From an uncultured delta proteobacterium (GTDB lineage: Bacteria; Desulfobacterota; RBG-13-43-22), in assembly GCA_963802945.1 (NCBI GenBank), contig CAWDKY010000015.1, positions 448,001 through 512,000 of the forward strand: a stretch of DNA of 64,000 nucleotides, in the 5' to 3' direction. Numbering within the stretch: position 1 is the first letter of the stretch; every line of letters begins with the position of its first letter. This document shows, piece after piece, positions 31,690 to 42,965 of the stretch. The notes beneath the pieces were generated by a model. It was not told the origin of the DNA, did no database searches, and saw nothing but the letters and a program-made list of their open reading frames with translations. Both the position numbers and the translations under genes were made by a program.

Positions 31690-33111
31690 ATGTCTTTGGG
31701 TTTTAAAACACCGAAAATCTCCTATTCGGGAAAAATAAACGAGGTGACCATCGGGAAAGCTTCTACCCTCACTGTTGGGGGAGAGAGTTCTTATCCCTTT
31801 CATTTATTTGAAGGGCAAATGCCGAATCCTCCTAAAATTGCCATGGAAATATGGGACACGCAGCCGGATGACTGGCCAATAACCGCAATGGAGCCTTTTG
31901 CCGATGGTCTGGCTGATCCAGCGGCTTGGGCCAAGAAATGCGTGGAGGAATTTGGAGCGGAAGCCATTGTTATTCAACTTAAAAGTACGGACCCCAATGG
32001 GTTGGACAAGGGTCCGGAAGAGGCCTCGGCCGTTGTCCGAAAGGTTTTAAAGGCAATAAAGGTCCCCATTATCGTCTGGGGATCAGCCAACGAAAATAAA
32101 GACACGGATGTCTTAAGAAAGATCAGTGCGGATTGCGAGGGGGAAAATCTAACCCTTGGGCCGGTGTCCGAAGGAAATTTTAGGCAGATCGGAGCCTCGG
32201 CCTTGGGTTATCATCATACTCTGATCGCTTCCACCCCGATAGATGTCAACCTGGCCAAGCAATTGAATATCTTATTGGAAAATCTGGGGATCCCCAAAGA
32301 AAAAATTATTATTGATCCGACTACCGGCGGACTTGGATATGGTCTGGAATATTCTTATTCGGTGATGGAACGGATCCGCATGGCTGCTTTGGCTCAGGAA
32401 GACGAAAAACTTCAATATCCGATAATCAACAACCTCGGCAACGAAATCTGGAAGTCCAAGGAAGCTAACCTTACCCAAGCCGAAGCCCCAACTCTGGGAG
32501 ATGCTGCCAAACGAGGAATCCTTATGGAAGCGGTAGGGGCAGTATCTTATCTCCTGGCCGGATCGGACATTCTGATTTTGAGACACCCCGAGACCGCTAA
32601 GCTGGTCAAAAGGTTAATGGCCCAATTGATTAGCGGGGATTTGGATATGGGCCCATTGGATCTGAAGGCAAAACTTGCTGCTTTAAATGTAAAACCCAAA
32701 GGGGATTATCCTGAAATAACCAAAAAAAAGGCGGCTGCTGTCCAACCAAGAAAAGAAGAAAAGAAAGCGGCTCCGCCTCAAGCCAAGGAGACGGCTCCCA
32801 AAGCTGAAGCAGAGAGAAATGCCAAAGCCGAGGAGAAAGCCATGTCCGAGATTGAAGCCAAGAAAAAAGTAAAGGCTGAAGCGGAGGCTAAAATAGAGGC
32901 CGAGAAGAAACCTAGGGACGAGGCTAAGGCCAAGGCCAAAGCTGAGGAAGAAGCCTTGCAAGCCGCCCGGTCAGCCGAAAGGGCAAAGAGGGTAGTTAGA
33001 AAAGAAGCCGTTTGTAACGAAGAACCGAAAGAGATGAAAGTGGCTGAAATCCAACTTTCTCCGGTGGACAAGCTCTTGGCCAAAATCAATCGGGTGAATA
33101 GAAGAAAATGA
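31690..33111 (+). CDS. acsD: Corrinoid Fe-S protein small subunit (AcsD/CdhD) with Ala/Lys/Glu-rich tail
   Basis: VGGESSYPF, PIDVNLAKQLN, DPTTGGLGYGLEYSYSVMERIR. Confidence 0.93.
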   Translation: MSLGFKTPKISYSGKINEVTIGKASTLTVGGESSYPFHLFEGQMPNPPKIAMEIWDTQPDDWPITAMEPFADGLADPAAWAKKCVEEFGAEAIVIQLKSTDPNGLDKGPEEASAVVRKVLKAIKVPIIVWGSANENKDTDVLRKISADCEGENLTLGPVSEGNFRQIGASALGYHHTLIASTPIDVNLAKQLNILLENLGIPKEKIIIDPTTGGLGYGLEYSYSVMERIRMAALAQEDEKLQYPIINNLGNEIWKSKEANLTQAEAPTLGDAAKRGILMEAVGAVSYLLAGSDILILRHPETAKLVKRLMAQLISGDLDMGPLDLKAKLAALNVKPKGDYPEITKKKAAAVQPRKEEKKAAPPQAKETAPKAEAERNAKAEEKAMSEIEAKKKVKAEAEAKIEAEKKPRDEAKAKAKAEEEALQAARSAERAKRVVRKEAVCNEEPKEMKVAEIQLSPVDKLLAKINRVNRRK

Positions 33112-33263
33112 GAAGGCAGGGGTCAAGGATTCAATCCCGCTGATGGCGGGACTCCTTTTTCATGCTTCGTGGCGCCGACCGCAGGCGGGCATGAGGGTTT
33201 AGATAGAAGTTAATGCGCACCTAAGGCAATCCTAAAGCCGGTTAGTCCAAGGAGGGCACTACA

Positions 33264-35306
33264 ATGGCATCAGAAGAAGTCGAAGAAACATTGACGGTTG
33301 GCGCAAAAGAAAAAAAGAAGATAAGACCTGAAGACCATAGTGTGGATCACGCCACCGTTAGAATGCTTTATAAGGCTCAGCAGGAAGGGGTGTCAACAAT
33401 CTTTGATCGGGCTGAAACCATGAAAGCCTGTAAAATCGGCCTCCAGGGGACCTGTTGTAAGATGTGCGCCCAGGGTCCTTGCCGCCTTCCTTTAACCAAG
33501 AAAGATCTGGAAGGAAAGGATACCCGTATGGGCTTGTGCGGGGCCACTCCAGAAACCATCGCTGCCCGGAATTTTTCCCGCATGATCGCTGCCGGGGCGG
33601 CCGCCCATTCCGATCATGGCCGGGGGGTGGCGGAAGTCTTCCTGGCCGCAGCTCGAAAACAAACTGAGGATTACAAGATTAAAGATGAAGTCAAACTGAA
33701 AGAAATCGCCAAAGATTTTGAGGTGGCCACTACCCTAACCGTCGACGGTGAGGAAAAAGATCGAGACCTTTACGATATCGCCGAAGAGGTCGGCGAAAAG
33801 ATATTAGGGGAATGGGGCAAACAAGAAGGCGAAATCTACTATGCCAAACGCGCTCCCCAGACGCGCTATGCGTTGTGGAAAAAATTGGACGTCATCCCCC
33901 GCGGGATCGATCGGGAGATCGTCGAGATGATGCACCGGACCCATATGGGCGTGGACCAAGACTATGAAAACCTGATGAAACAAGGCTCCCGCACCGCTTT
34001 GGCCGACGGTTGGACCGGCTCCATGATGGCCACGGATATGCAGGATATCCTTTTCGGGACCCCTTATCCGGTTCAAGGTGAAATCAATTTGGGGGTTTTA
34101 AAAAAAGATCATGTCAATATCATCGTCCATGGTCATGAGCCCCTGTTTGCGGAGATGATCGTCGTGGCCTCCCAGGACCCGGAGATGCTTAAGTTGGCCG
34201 CTTCCAAAGGGGCCAAGGGGATCGTCCTGGCCGGTATGTGCGGTACGGGCAATGAGATCCTGGTCCGCCACGGCATGCCCATTGCAGGTAATTATTTACA
34301 GCAGGAACTGGCCATCATTACCGGGGCCGTGGAGGCCATGGTGGTCGATGTTCAATGCATCATGGAAAATCTGGCAAATGTCGCTGCCTGTTACCATACC
34401 AAGCTGATCACGACCAACACTCGCTGCAAAATCGCCTCCGGAAATACGGTCCATATCCAGTTTGATGAACACCATGCCCTGGAAGACGCCAAAAGGATCG
34501 TCAGAACAGCAATTGAGAATTTCCCCAATCGAAGGGCCGAAGTCCTAATCCCCAACGAAAAGGAAAAGATGGTCGTCGGGTTTAGTTATGAAGCCATCAA
34601 TTACCATCTGGGCGGCACCTTCCGCGGTTCTTATGTCCCATTGAATGACAACATCATTAACGGACGTATCAGGGGCATCGCCGGAGTGGTCGGCTGTAAC
34701 AATGCCCGGACTATACATGACAGCGCCCACCTGGTCGTCGTTAAGGAACTTTTAAAAAATGATGTCCTGGTCCTGACCACGGGCTGTAATGCCATGGCCT
34801 GTGGTAAGGCAGGTCTGCTTGCACCCGAATCAGCCAAGGTCTATTGCGGCCCGGGCTTGGCTGAAGTCTGTGAGACCGTGGGTCTCCCGCCGGTTCTGCA
34901 CATGGGCTCTTGCGTGGATAATTCCCGGATCCTCATGGCCGCCACCGAAGTGGTCAAGGCCGGGGGATTGGGAAACGACATTAGTGATCTTCCGGCTGCC
35001 GGCTGCGCCCCGGAATGGATGAGTGAAAAGGCCATCTCCATCGGGCAGTACTTTGTGGCTTCCGGAGTCTATACCCTTTTTGGGGTCGACCTCCAGGTTG
35101 AAGGGGCGCCGGTCTTTAAAGACTATCTATTTAACGGGATGGAGAAGTTGTATGGCGGAAAATGGGATCTGGTTGAGGATCCCTATGAGATGGCCCGCAA
35201 GATGATCGCCCACATCAATGCCAAGCGCAAGGCCCTGGGGATTGATAAGGCCCGTGAGCGTGTGCTCATGGATATGTCTGACCGGCAGAAACTGGAAGCG
35301 GTTTAA
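33264..35306 (+). CDS. cooS: Anaerobic Ni-CO dehydrogenase catalytic subunit
   Basis: CCKMCAQGPC, AAHSDH, VHGHEP, GMCGTGNE, GVVGCNN, HMGSCVDN, EWMSEKA. Confidence 0.95.
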   Translation: MASEEVEETLTVGAKEKKKIRPEDHSVDHATVRMLYKAQQEGVSTIFDRAETMKACKIGLQGTCCKMCAQGPCRLPLTKKDLEGKDTRMGLCGATPETIAARNFSRMIAAGAAAHSDHGRGVAEVFLAAARKQTEDYKIKDEVKLKEIAKDFEVATTLTVDGEEKDRDLYDIAEEVGEKILGEWGKQEGEIYYAKRAPQTRYALWKKLDVIPRGIDREIVEMMHRTHMGVDQDYENLMKQGSRTALADGWTGSMMATDMQDILFGTPYPVQGEINLGVLKKDHVNIIVHGHEPLFAEMIVVASQDPEMLKLAASKGAKGIVLAGMCGTGNEILVRHGMPIAGNYLQQELAIITGAVEAMVVDVQCIMENLANVAACYHTKLITTNTRCKIASGNTVHIQFDEHHALEDAKRIVRTAIENFPNRRAEVLIPNEKEKMVVGFSYEAINYHLGGTFRGSYVPLNDNIINGRIRGIAGVVGCNNARTIHDSAHLVVVKELLKNDVLVLTTGCNAMACGKAGLLAPESAKVYCGPGLAEVCETVGLPPVLHMGSCVDNSRILMAATEVVKAGGLGNDISDLPAAGCAPEWMSEKAISIGQYFVASGVYTLFGVDLQVEGAPVFKDYLFNGMEKLYGGKWDLVEDPYEMARKMIAHINAKRKALGIDKARERVLMDMSDRQKLEAV

Positions 35307-35314
35307 AAAAAATA

Positions 35315-35404
35315 GGGTCCGAGGATTCTAGGTTTCAAGGATTCAAGGGTTTTAACTTCTATGCCTTTCACTTGAAATCTTGACCCCTCGACCCCTTGAA
35401 TCCT
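35315..35404. repeat. Heptamer-armed palindromic element, copy 3
   Basis: GGATTCTAGG..GGATTCAAGG-AACTTCTATGCCTTTCACT-..CCCTTGAATCC. Confidence 0.78.
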
Positions 35405-35473
35405 AAAAGTAATTTTCATTTTTCCTGGTGCTTAGAGAGCTTAACACTTTATAAGAAAGCAGGAACGTGTGTT

Positions 35474-37689
35474 ATGTCTAAATTTATTGCCGATGCCGCT
35501 ATTCAAGGTGCCTACAACATCGTTTCCAAAGCGGAGGAGACTTTAATAAAGGCTTTGGGAAAATACGGGCCGGATCAGAAGATCGAGTTTCCCAATACCG
35601 CCTATTATCTGCCGATCATTTATTCCATCCTCGGTTTATCGGTAAAGACCCTTGGCGAAGCCCAAAAACCCATGAAGGTGGCCAGAAAACTCTTGCCTGC
35701 ACACATCAAGAACGAGTATCACTTGCCTTATTTGGGGCCGTTACTCGATGCCGGTATGGCCGCTATTTTTGCCGAAGAGATCTCCGAGGTCATCCGCTAT
35801 CTTGAAGATCCAAATTTTTATCTGGTCAGTGAAGATATTGACGAGGCCTCAGGCAGGATCTGGCTGGGTGCGGCCGAAGATACGGTCTTCCGAAAACGAG
35901 GGGTGGAATTTGTGGACGGCACGGCCCCGGGTTTTGCCGCCATTGTCGGTGCCGCCCCGGATCCGGAAACGGCCAAATGGATCGCCGAGGAATATCAGAA
36001 AAAAAATCTCTATGTCTTTATGTGCGCCAACCAGAACGGCACCACCTTTTCTGAACAACTTCTGGAGGCCGGTGTGCAGATCGGCTGGAATACCCGTCTG
36101 GTCCCCTTTGGCCCGGATATCTCGGCTGCGGTCTTTGCCCTGGGTTTTGCCAATCGGGTGGCCATGGCCTTCGGCGGAATCAAACCCGGCGACTATAAAA
36201 AAATGCTGCTCTATAATAAGGATCGTATCTTCGCCTTTGTCAATGCCCTCGGCGCCGTCAGTGCCGAATGGGCGGCCAATGCCGCCGGTTGTTTCAACTG
36301 GGGCTTTCCGACCATCGCCGATACGGACATCCCGGAAATCCTGCCCACCGGGGTCTGCACTTATGAACATTTAGTGGCCAATGTGCGTCATAAGGAAATG
36401 CCGCAAAGATCTATTGAGATCCGGGGACTCAAGGTCAACGTGGCCAATGTGGATATTCCTTTAGCCTATGGCCCAGCCTTCGAAGGGGAACGAGTTCGTA
36501 AGGAAGACCTCTATCTGGAAATGGGCGGTGGAATAAGCCAAGCCACCGAACTAGTCCGGATGGCTGATATGAATGCCGTTGAAGATGGGAAAGTGGAGGT
36601 CATCGGCCCGGATGTTGGTGATATCAAAAAAGGGGCCTCTCTACCATTGGGGGTTATGGTCCAGGTGGCTGGCCGGCAGATGCAGGAGGATTTCGAGCCC
36701 ATCCTGGAAAGGCAGATCCATCATTTGATCAACTATGCCCAGGGTGTTATGCACATTGGGCAAAGGGACATTGCCTGGATCCGTGTCGGCGAATCGGCCA
36801 TACAAAAAGGATTCACTCTAAAAGATATCGGGGTCATCCTTCATGCCAAATTCCATCAGGACTTCGGGGCTATCTTGGATAAGGTCCAGGTCACTCTTTA
36901 CACCAAACAAGGAAGATGTGGAAAAACTGACTCAGGAGGCCCGTCGGATCTACCGCACCCGGGATGAACGGGTGGAGCAGATGACCGATGAGAGTGTGGA
37001 GACCTATTATTCCTGCACCCTGTGTCAGTCCTTCGCCCCCAACCATGTCTGTATGATCAGCCCAGAACGGACCGGACTCTGCGGGGCCTACAACTGGATG
37101 GATTGCAAGGCCTCTTTTGAGATCAACCCCACCGGCCCGAACCAGCCTGTTTTGAAAGGGGAATGTCTGGATCCGAAGCTGGGCCAATGGAAAGGGGTCA
37201 ACGATTTCGTCTACAAGGCCTCCCGCCAAAACATTGAAGGGCTATAATTTATACAGCCTGGTCTATGATCCCATGACCACCTGCGGCTGCTGCGAATGCA
37301 TCGCCGCGGTCTTGCCGTCCTGTAACGGGGTTATGACCGTCAACCGGGAGTATACCGGCATGACCCCTTCGGGCATGAAGTTCACTACCCTGGCCGGGAT
37401 CATGGGTGGCGGGGTCTCCACCCCCGGGTTTGTAGGCCATGGTAAGTTCAATATCACTCAAAAGAAGTTCCTTTCCGGGGACGGGGGTCTGCTACGCATG
37501 GTCTGGATGCCCAAACAGCTTAAAGAAGAACTACGTGATCGATTGATTAAACGCGGAGAAGAGCTGGGCTGCCCTAATTTGATAGACCTAATCGCCGACG
37601 AAACTGTTGGCGAGACCGAAGACGAAATCCTGCCCTGGCTTAAGGAAAAAGGACATCCGGCCCTGTCCATGGAATCGATTGTAGGGTAA
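35474..37689 (+). CDS. acsB: Acetyl-CoA synthase subunit (two +1 breaks at ~36906 and ~37240)
   Basis: FPNTAYYLP, YSCTLCQSFAPNHVC, GLCGA, PMTTCGCCE; rejoined 737 aa. Confidence 0.93.
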
Positions 37690-37700
37690 TGGAAAAAGAA

Positions 37701-37798
37701 GGGGTCTAGGATTTGAGGATTCGAGGACCGCAGGGTCGGAGTGAAAGGCATGGAAGTTGACCCCCTTGAATCCTTGACCCCTTGTCTCCTGGAATCCT
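37701..37798. repeat. Heptamer-armed palindromic element, copy 4 (core inverted)
   Basis: Core reads AGTGAAAGGCATGGAAGTT, the reverse complement of the copy 2/3 core. Confidence 0.78.
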
Positions 37799-37865
37799 GG
37801 TACAGTATTTAGAAAAAAATCCACTCGTGTTTTCGGGTGACACCAATAAAGTTAAGGAGTTTTTC

Positions 37866-39232
37866 ATGGCATTAACGGGAATTCAAATCTTTAAACTTTT
37901 GCCCAAAACCAACTGCGGGGAATGCGGGGTGCCGACCTGCCTGGCCTTTGCCATGAATCTGGCCGCCGGCAAGGCGGAACTGGCCTCATGCCCCTATGTT
38001 TCCGAAGAAGCCAAGGCCCAACTGGCCGAGGCTTCAGCCCCACCCATTCGCCCCATAACCATCGGCGCCGGAGATCAGGCAGTAAAGATAGGGGGGGAGA
38101 CGGTTCTCTTCCGACATGAAAAGACCTTTTCTAATCCTACCGGCTTTGCAGCCCTGCTGACCACCGATATGGAAGAGGACGTTGTTTCGGCTAAACTGAA
38201 AAAATGGGACACCTATCAGTATGAGCGGGTCGGCCTGACCTTACGTCCCGAAATGGTGGCCATAAAAGATATGACCGGTGATAGCGCAAAATTCAAAAAG
38301 ACGGTTCAACAGGTTTTTGAAACCAGCAATTTTAATCTCATCCTGATGAGCGAAAAACCTGAAGTCCTGAAAGAAGGCCTTTCGGCCTGTCCCGGCGGCA
38401 AACCCCTTACTCTATGCGGCAACCCATGAAAACTGGGAAGCCATGGCTGAATTGGCCAAAGGGGCCAAATGCCCTCTGGCCGTCAAAGCAGACGGTTTGG
38501 AGGGATTGATTTCCCTGACCGGAAAGCTGACTCAGGCCGGCCTGAATGATCTGGTCCTGGATTCCGGGGCCAGGAGTATCAAGCAGGTTTTTGAAGACCA
38601 GATCGCCATTCGCCGGGCCGCCCTTTCGGGAAAAGAAAAAGGCCTTGGGTTTCCCTACGATCTGCCTGCCTTTTGAAATGGCCAAGGATTTGGAAATGGA
38701 AACCCTGATGGGTGCCGTGATGGTGGCCAAATACGGCGGGCTGGTGGTCTTTTCCGATTTTGAAGGCGAGACTATCTTTCCCCTTTTACTGGAGCGGTTG
38801 AATATCTTTACTGATCCACAGCGCCCCATGACCGTGACCGAGGGGATCTATGAGATCAACGGGCCGGACGAAAATTCCCCGGTCTGTGTGACCTCCAATT
38901 TCTCCCTGACCTATTTTATCGTTTCCGGGGAAATTGAAAGCAGCCGGGTGCCTACCTGGTTGTGTATCATGGATACGGAAGGCCTGTCGGTCATGACGGC
39001 CTGGGCGGCCGGTAAATTCGTCGGCGACGCCGTGGGGATTTTTATCAAAAAAAGCGGGATCGCCGATAAAATCAAACACCGCAATCTGATTATCCCCGGA
39101 TATGCAGCGCCCATCGCCGGGGATCTGGAAGAGGAATTGCCGGGCTGGACGATCAAGGTCGGTCCCAGGGAAGCGGCCCATATTCCCAAGTATCTTAAGA
39201 GAGCTGAAATAAATTTTAAGGCTAAAGGCTGA
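37866..39232 (+). CDS. acsC: Corrinoid Fe-S protein large subunit (two +1 breaks at ~38405 and ~38625)
   Basis: LPKTNCGECGVPTCLAFA, IFTDPQRPM, TSNFSLTYF, GPREAAHI; rejoined 454 aa. Confidence 0.93.
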
Positions 39233-39302
39233 AGACTGAAGGCTCGAAGCTCAAGTCTAAAATGAAAAACTTTTGAGCTTTCTGTGGAAAAACTCATTTT
39301 TA

Positions 39303-39491
39303 CAGGTTGCTCAAAAAGGTACAGATACAAGGCGCCCGAAGTCCCGAGGAATGAGTCGTACATGGAAGTACGTCGCAATGACGAGGGACGAGGGCAATCC
39401 CGCCGTTGGCGGGATAGATGGGCCTTTTTGTTCGCCCCAAATCTCGGCTCACTCCCACTCCTTCGGAGCGGTGCCCAGTTTCAGCAAACTG
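39303..39491. mobile_element. MITE-like element, copy 1 (with nested insertions)
   Basis: Ends CAGGTTGCTCAAAAA / TTTCAGCAAACTG; near-identical to 52106-52230. Confidence 0.75.
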
Positions 39492-39506
39492 ATAAGGGAA
39501 AACAAT

Positions 39507-40386
39507 ATGATTACCATCGGAGAGAATCTCAATCTAATCAATAAAGGGATCGGCCGGGCCATAAAAGAAAAGGATCCCAAGCCCATTCGAGAAATGGCCG
39601 AGAAGTTGGCTGCCGCCAAGATGGATTTTATTGATATCAATCTCGGGCCGGCCAGAAAAGGCGGGGAAGAGCTGATGACCTGGGTGGTTCAGACTGTTCA
39701 GGAGGTGACCGATATCCCCTTGTCCCTGGATACCTCCAATATTGCCGCTATCGAGGCCGGCCTTAAAGTCCACAAGGGCAAGGCCATCATTAATTCCATC
39801 ATGGCCCGGCCGGAACGGTATTCGGTCATGATCCCCATTTGCAAACAATATGAGGCCTACATGATCGCCCTGATGTGGGGGCCGGAAGGCTTACCTCGGG
39901 ATGAGAACGAGCGAGGGGCCTTGGCTGCCGAGCTTTTGTATGCCGCCAATGAAGGCGGCATTCCCAACGAAGATATCTTTGTGGATCCCATTATCACACC
40001 GGTCAACATCCAGCAGCAACAACTGATGAGTACCCTGACCTTTATGAGTATGCTTCAAGACATCGCCCCGGGAGCCAAGTCCACCTGCGGCCTTTCCAAT
40101 AACTCCAATGGGGTCCCCGATCATCTGCGGCCTATTCTCAATCAAACCTACATGATCATGCTGGAAAGAAACGGCATGTATTCCTGCATCCTGGACGGGT
40201 TTGATGCCAAGATTCTGGAAATCGCCCGCGGGCAAGCGACCGGACATTGTGGAGATCGTTCATAAGGTCATGGACGGGGAAAGTTTGGATATGGGCGGTC
40301 TTAGCCAAGAGATGCAGGATTATGTCAAAACGGCCAAGGTCCTTCTGGGCCACACCCTTTTTTCCGATTCCTGGCTGGAAATATAA
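39507..40386 (+). CDS. acsE: Methyltetrahydrofolate:corrinoid Fe-S protein methyltransferase (+1 break at ~40231)
   Basis: MITIGENLN, DINLGP, LSLDTSN, IINS, CGLSN; operon position. Confidence 0.88.
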
Positions 40387-40569
40387 ACTATCCTTCTGAT
40401 TTCGAGGAAAGTTAGGATTTAACTCAAGCAGATTTTGTTAAGAGTGATGGAGACTTCTTCCTTGTACTCTTCAAATTTCCCTTTTTGAAAAAATACAAAA
40501 GTACAAACTGACCTTCCCCCGAAAAAATGGACACCACTAAGAATTTGTATTATTAGGAAGGAGGTGTCT

Positions 40570-40866
40570 ATGGGGGAAAGTCATCGTTATTTTAGCCGTG
40601 AGTTCAAACGAGATGCCGTACAGTTGGTCACCGAGAAAGGGATGCCGGTGGGTAAGGTGGCACGAGAGCTGGATATTCATCCTAATCTGCTTCATGGATG
40701 GAGGAGGAGGTATTTAGCCAACGGGGATCAAGCCTTTGTCGGGAAGGGTCGTGTCAAGCCAGAGGAAGTGGAAATAAGGGGACTCCGGAAGGCCTTAGGA
40801 AAGGTAAGGGAAGAGAGGGACATTTTAAAAAAAGCCTTGGCCGTATTCTCCAAACAAAACCCATGA
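40570..40866 (+). CDS. IS3 transposase OrfA
   Basis: FSREFKRDAV..VARELDI..ERDILKKA; A7G slippery site near 40826. Confidence 0.9.
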   Translation: MGESHRYFSREFKRDAVQLVTEKGMPVGKVARELDIHPNLLHGWRRRYLANGDQAFVGKGRVKPEEVEIRGLRKALGKVREERDILKKALAVFSKQNP

Positions 40867-41718
40867 AGTATCGGTTTATAGAAGAGCAGCGGGAGGGTTA
40901 CAAGATCAAGAGTATGTGTAAAGTGTTGAAGGTATCCCGAAGTGGTTATTGCCTGGGAGAGACGTCAGCCGAGCCTGCGCCAGAGAGGCCATGAGGAACT
41001 GCTGAGGCAGATACGGGAGATCCACCATCAAAGTCGAAGTCTTTATGGGAGTCCGCGGATTACCGCGGAACTGAAGAGACAGGGGTATCGATGTGGGAAG
41101 AAACGGGTTGCCAGGGTCATGAAAGAGCACTCGATAAGAGCCTCGGTGAAGAAAAGGAGATTCAGACGGACCACCGATTCACGGCATCCTTATGCCTTGG
41201 CTTCTAACTTACTGATTGACCGGAGGCAGACCGATGGGGTATGGGCATCGGATATGACGTTTGTGCCTACTTCTGAAGGATGGCTCTATGTGGCCGCGGT
41301 GATGAAGGTGAAAAGTAGGAAGATCATCGGGCTTTCCATGAGCGACAAGTTGTCTCAGGAGCTGGCTTCTGCTGCGCTCAGGGATGCTGTGGGCAGGCAA
41401 AGCCCCACGGAAGGGTTGATTCATCATTCCGATCGAGGCCGGCAGTATGCCAGCTATGCCTATCAGGAGCTTTTAAGAGAATACGGCCTGATCCCGAGTA
41501 TGAGCCGAAGCGGCAATTGCTATGATAATGCCTATGTGGAGTCGTTCTTTGGTACCCTGAAAACGGAACTGGTTCATGGGGAGCGGTACCGTTCAAGGCT
41601 GGAGGCCAGGCTAAGTATTTTTGAGTACGTGGAAGTATTTTATAATCGTCAGAGGAGTCATTCGGCCTTAGGGTACAGAAGCCCCGAGCAGTATGAAAGG
41701 CTCCTTAATGAAACTTAA
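40863..41718 (+). CDS. IS3 transposase OrfB (DDE); frameshift near 40950
   Basis: YGSPRI, WASDMT, HHSDRGRQY, CYDNAYVESFF, YNRQRSHSALGY. Confidence 0.88.
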
Positions 41719-41774
41719 CCATGTGTCCACTTTTAGGGGGAAGGTCAAACGGTAATCAACAAATATAACCAACC

Positions 41775-41880
41775 AGCGATCCCCACCCAAATGGCCTAAA
41801 TCTTGTCGATACTCGTTTGCCCTTGGGGCTCTCGACAAGTTCCTGGTCCTCGATGATACTGATAATCCGCATAGCCTCTC
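41775..41880 (-). pseudogene. IS91-like transposase C-terminal remnant
   Basis: MRIISIIEDQELVE...LGHLG resembles the IS91-type tail MRIISFIED..VI.KIL.HLG. Confidence 0.45.
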
Positions 41881-41892
41881 CAGGAAGCCGCC

Positions 41893-42137
41893 GACCTCCT
41901 GGCCGATGAACATCTGTGGGCCAGGAATTTTTCCCTAGAAATCGATCACCCGGAAGTGGGTCCCATAAAATATTGTGGCCTGCCAATCAAATTTTCAGGT
42001 CAACCGGTTTTTCCAAGCAGACACCTCCTGACCTTAGCCAACATGTAGAATATATTATGAAAAAACTCCTTGGTTTTTCAAAGGAGGAAATCGCCCAATT
42101 TATAGAAAAAAATATTATCGGAAAAATACCGAATTAG
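41893..42137 (+). pseudogene. CoA-transferase family III (CaiB/BaiF) C-terminal fragment
   Basis: DEHLWARNFSLEIDHPEVGPIKYCGLPIKFS...PDLSQHVEYIMKKLLGFSKEEI with a frameshift; no N-terminus. Confidence 0.7.
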
Positions 42138-42159
42138 AAATTCCCTAAAAAATTTTTTC

Positions 42160-42195
42160 TTGACATAATATAAAAAAGATACTATCTTATTTATA
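42160..42195 (+). promoter_or_regulatory. Sigma70 promoter overlapped by a palindromic operator
   Basis: TTGACA-N17-TATCTT; AAGATA-C-TATCTT palindrome spans the -10, upstream of the HxlR gene. Confidence 0.55.
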
Positions 42196-42218
42196 CTAAA
42201 TCTTGAAAGGCGAATTCC

Positions 42219-42965
42219 ATGACTCAAACCTATGGGCATTTTTGTCCGGTGGCCCGGACCCTGGAAAAAATCGGTGACAAATGGTCTTTGCTCATTATTC
42301 GCGATCTCTTAACCGGACCGCAGAGATTCACAGACCTGCTGGGTTATTTAAACCATATCACCCCCAAATGGCTCACCCAACGTCTTCGAGAATTGGAATC
42401 GTCTGGGATCATAGAACGGGACAAAAAGGCCGGACGGCGTCAGGTCTGGTACAAGTTGACCACCGCTGGAGGCGAGTTGGGTCCTATAGTGGACGCTCTG
42501 GCCACCTGGGGATTTCGTTATGCCATGCGGCCTCCGATCCCGGGTGAGGTTGTCCATCCAGATCTGCTGATGAGAGCGCTGACTTCATCACTCAACAAAA
42601 AAGGTAAACGTTTACCACGGCCGGCCAAGTGGTTGATGCAGTTCCCTCAAGCGCAATATTCCCTATCTTTTAATAATGACTGGTCAAGTTGCCGGGAAGA
42701 GGACCCCAATTCCGACATAAAAATTACCACGACTCCTGAAATTTGGGCCACCGTTTTTACAGCACCGCGGTCGGATCGAAGTCGCTTGGCCAAGACCATC
42801 CAGATTGACGGGGCTCCGGATCGGATTGAGGAATTTCTGCATACATTCGGAATTCAAAACCAAGAAGACAAACCGGTTCCTGATTCTATCGATACAGGCA
42901 ATAAACGAAAAAACCCTAAGCTTACTAAAGAAGGAAAGAAACATGAAGGTATCAGACAACAATAG
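42219..42965 (+). CDS. HxlR-family winged-helix regulator with C-terminal extension
   Basis: YGHFCPVARTLEKIGDKWSLLIIRDLL.GPQRF. Confidence 0.88.
   Translation: MTQTYGHFCPVARTLEKIGDKWSLLIIRDLLTGPQRFTDLLGYLNHITPKWLTQRLRELESSGIIERDKKAGRRQVWYKLTTAGGELGPIVDALATWGFRYAMRPPIPGEVVHPDLLMRALTSSLNKKGKRLPRPAKWLMQFPQAQYSLSFNNDWSSCREEDPNSDIKITTTPEIWATVFTAPRSDRSRLAKTIQIDGAPDRIEEFLHTFGIQNQEDKPVPDSIDTGNKRKNPKLTKEGKKHEGIRQQ

Larger units (their letters stand above)
40509..41747 (+). mobile_element. IS3-family insertion sequence
   Basis: TG..CA ends, IRs TGACCTTCCCCC..TGGACAC / GTGTCCA..GGGGGAAGGTCA, AAC duplication at 40506-40508 and 41748-41750. Confidence 0.92.

Noticed and set aside
39273-39506. N-terminal extensions of acsE (and likewise acsB from 35396, acsC from 37782, nusA from 19080)
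   Set aside because: They translate intergenic repeats or MITEs; downstream ATGs match the family N-termini
35474-40386. Pseudogenisation or programmed frameshifting of acsB, acsC and acsE
   Set aside because: All five breaks are single extra bases in homopolymers with motifs otherwise intact, the same pattern seen elsewhere in the window
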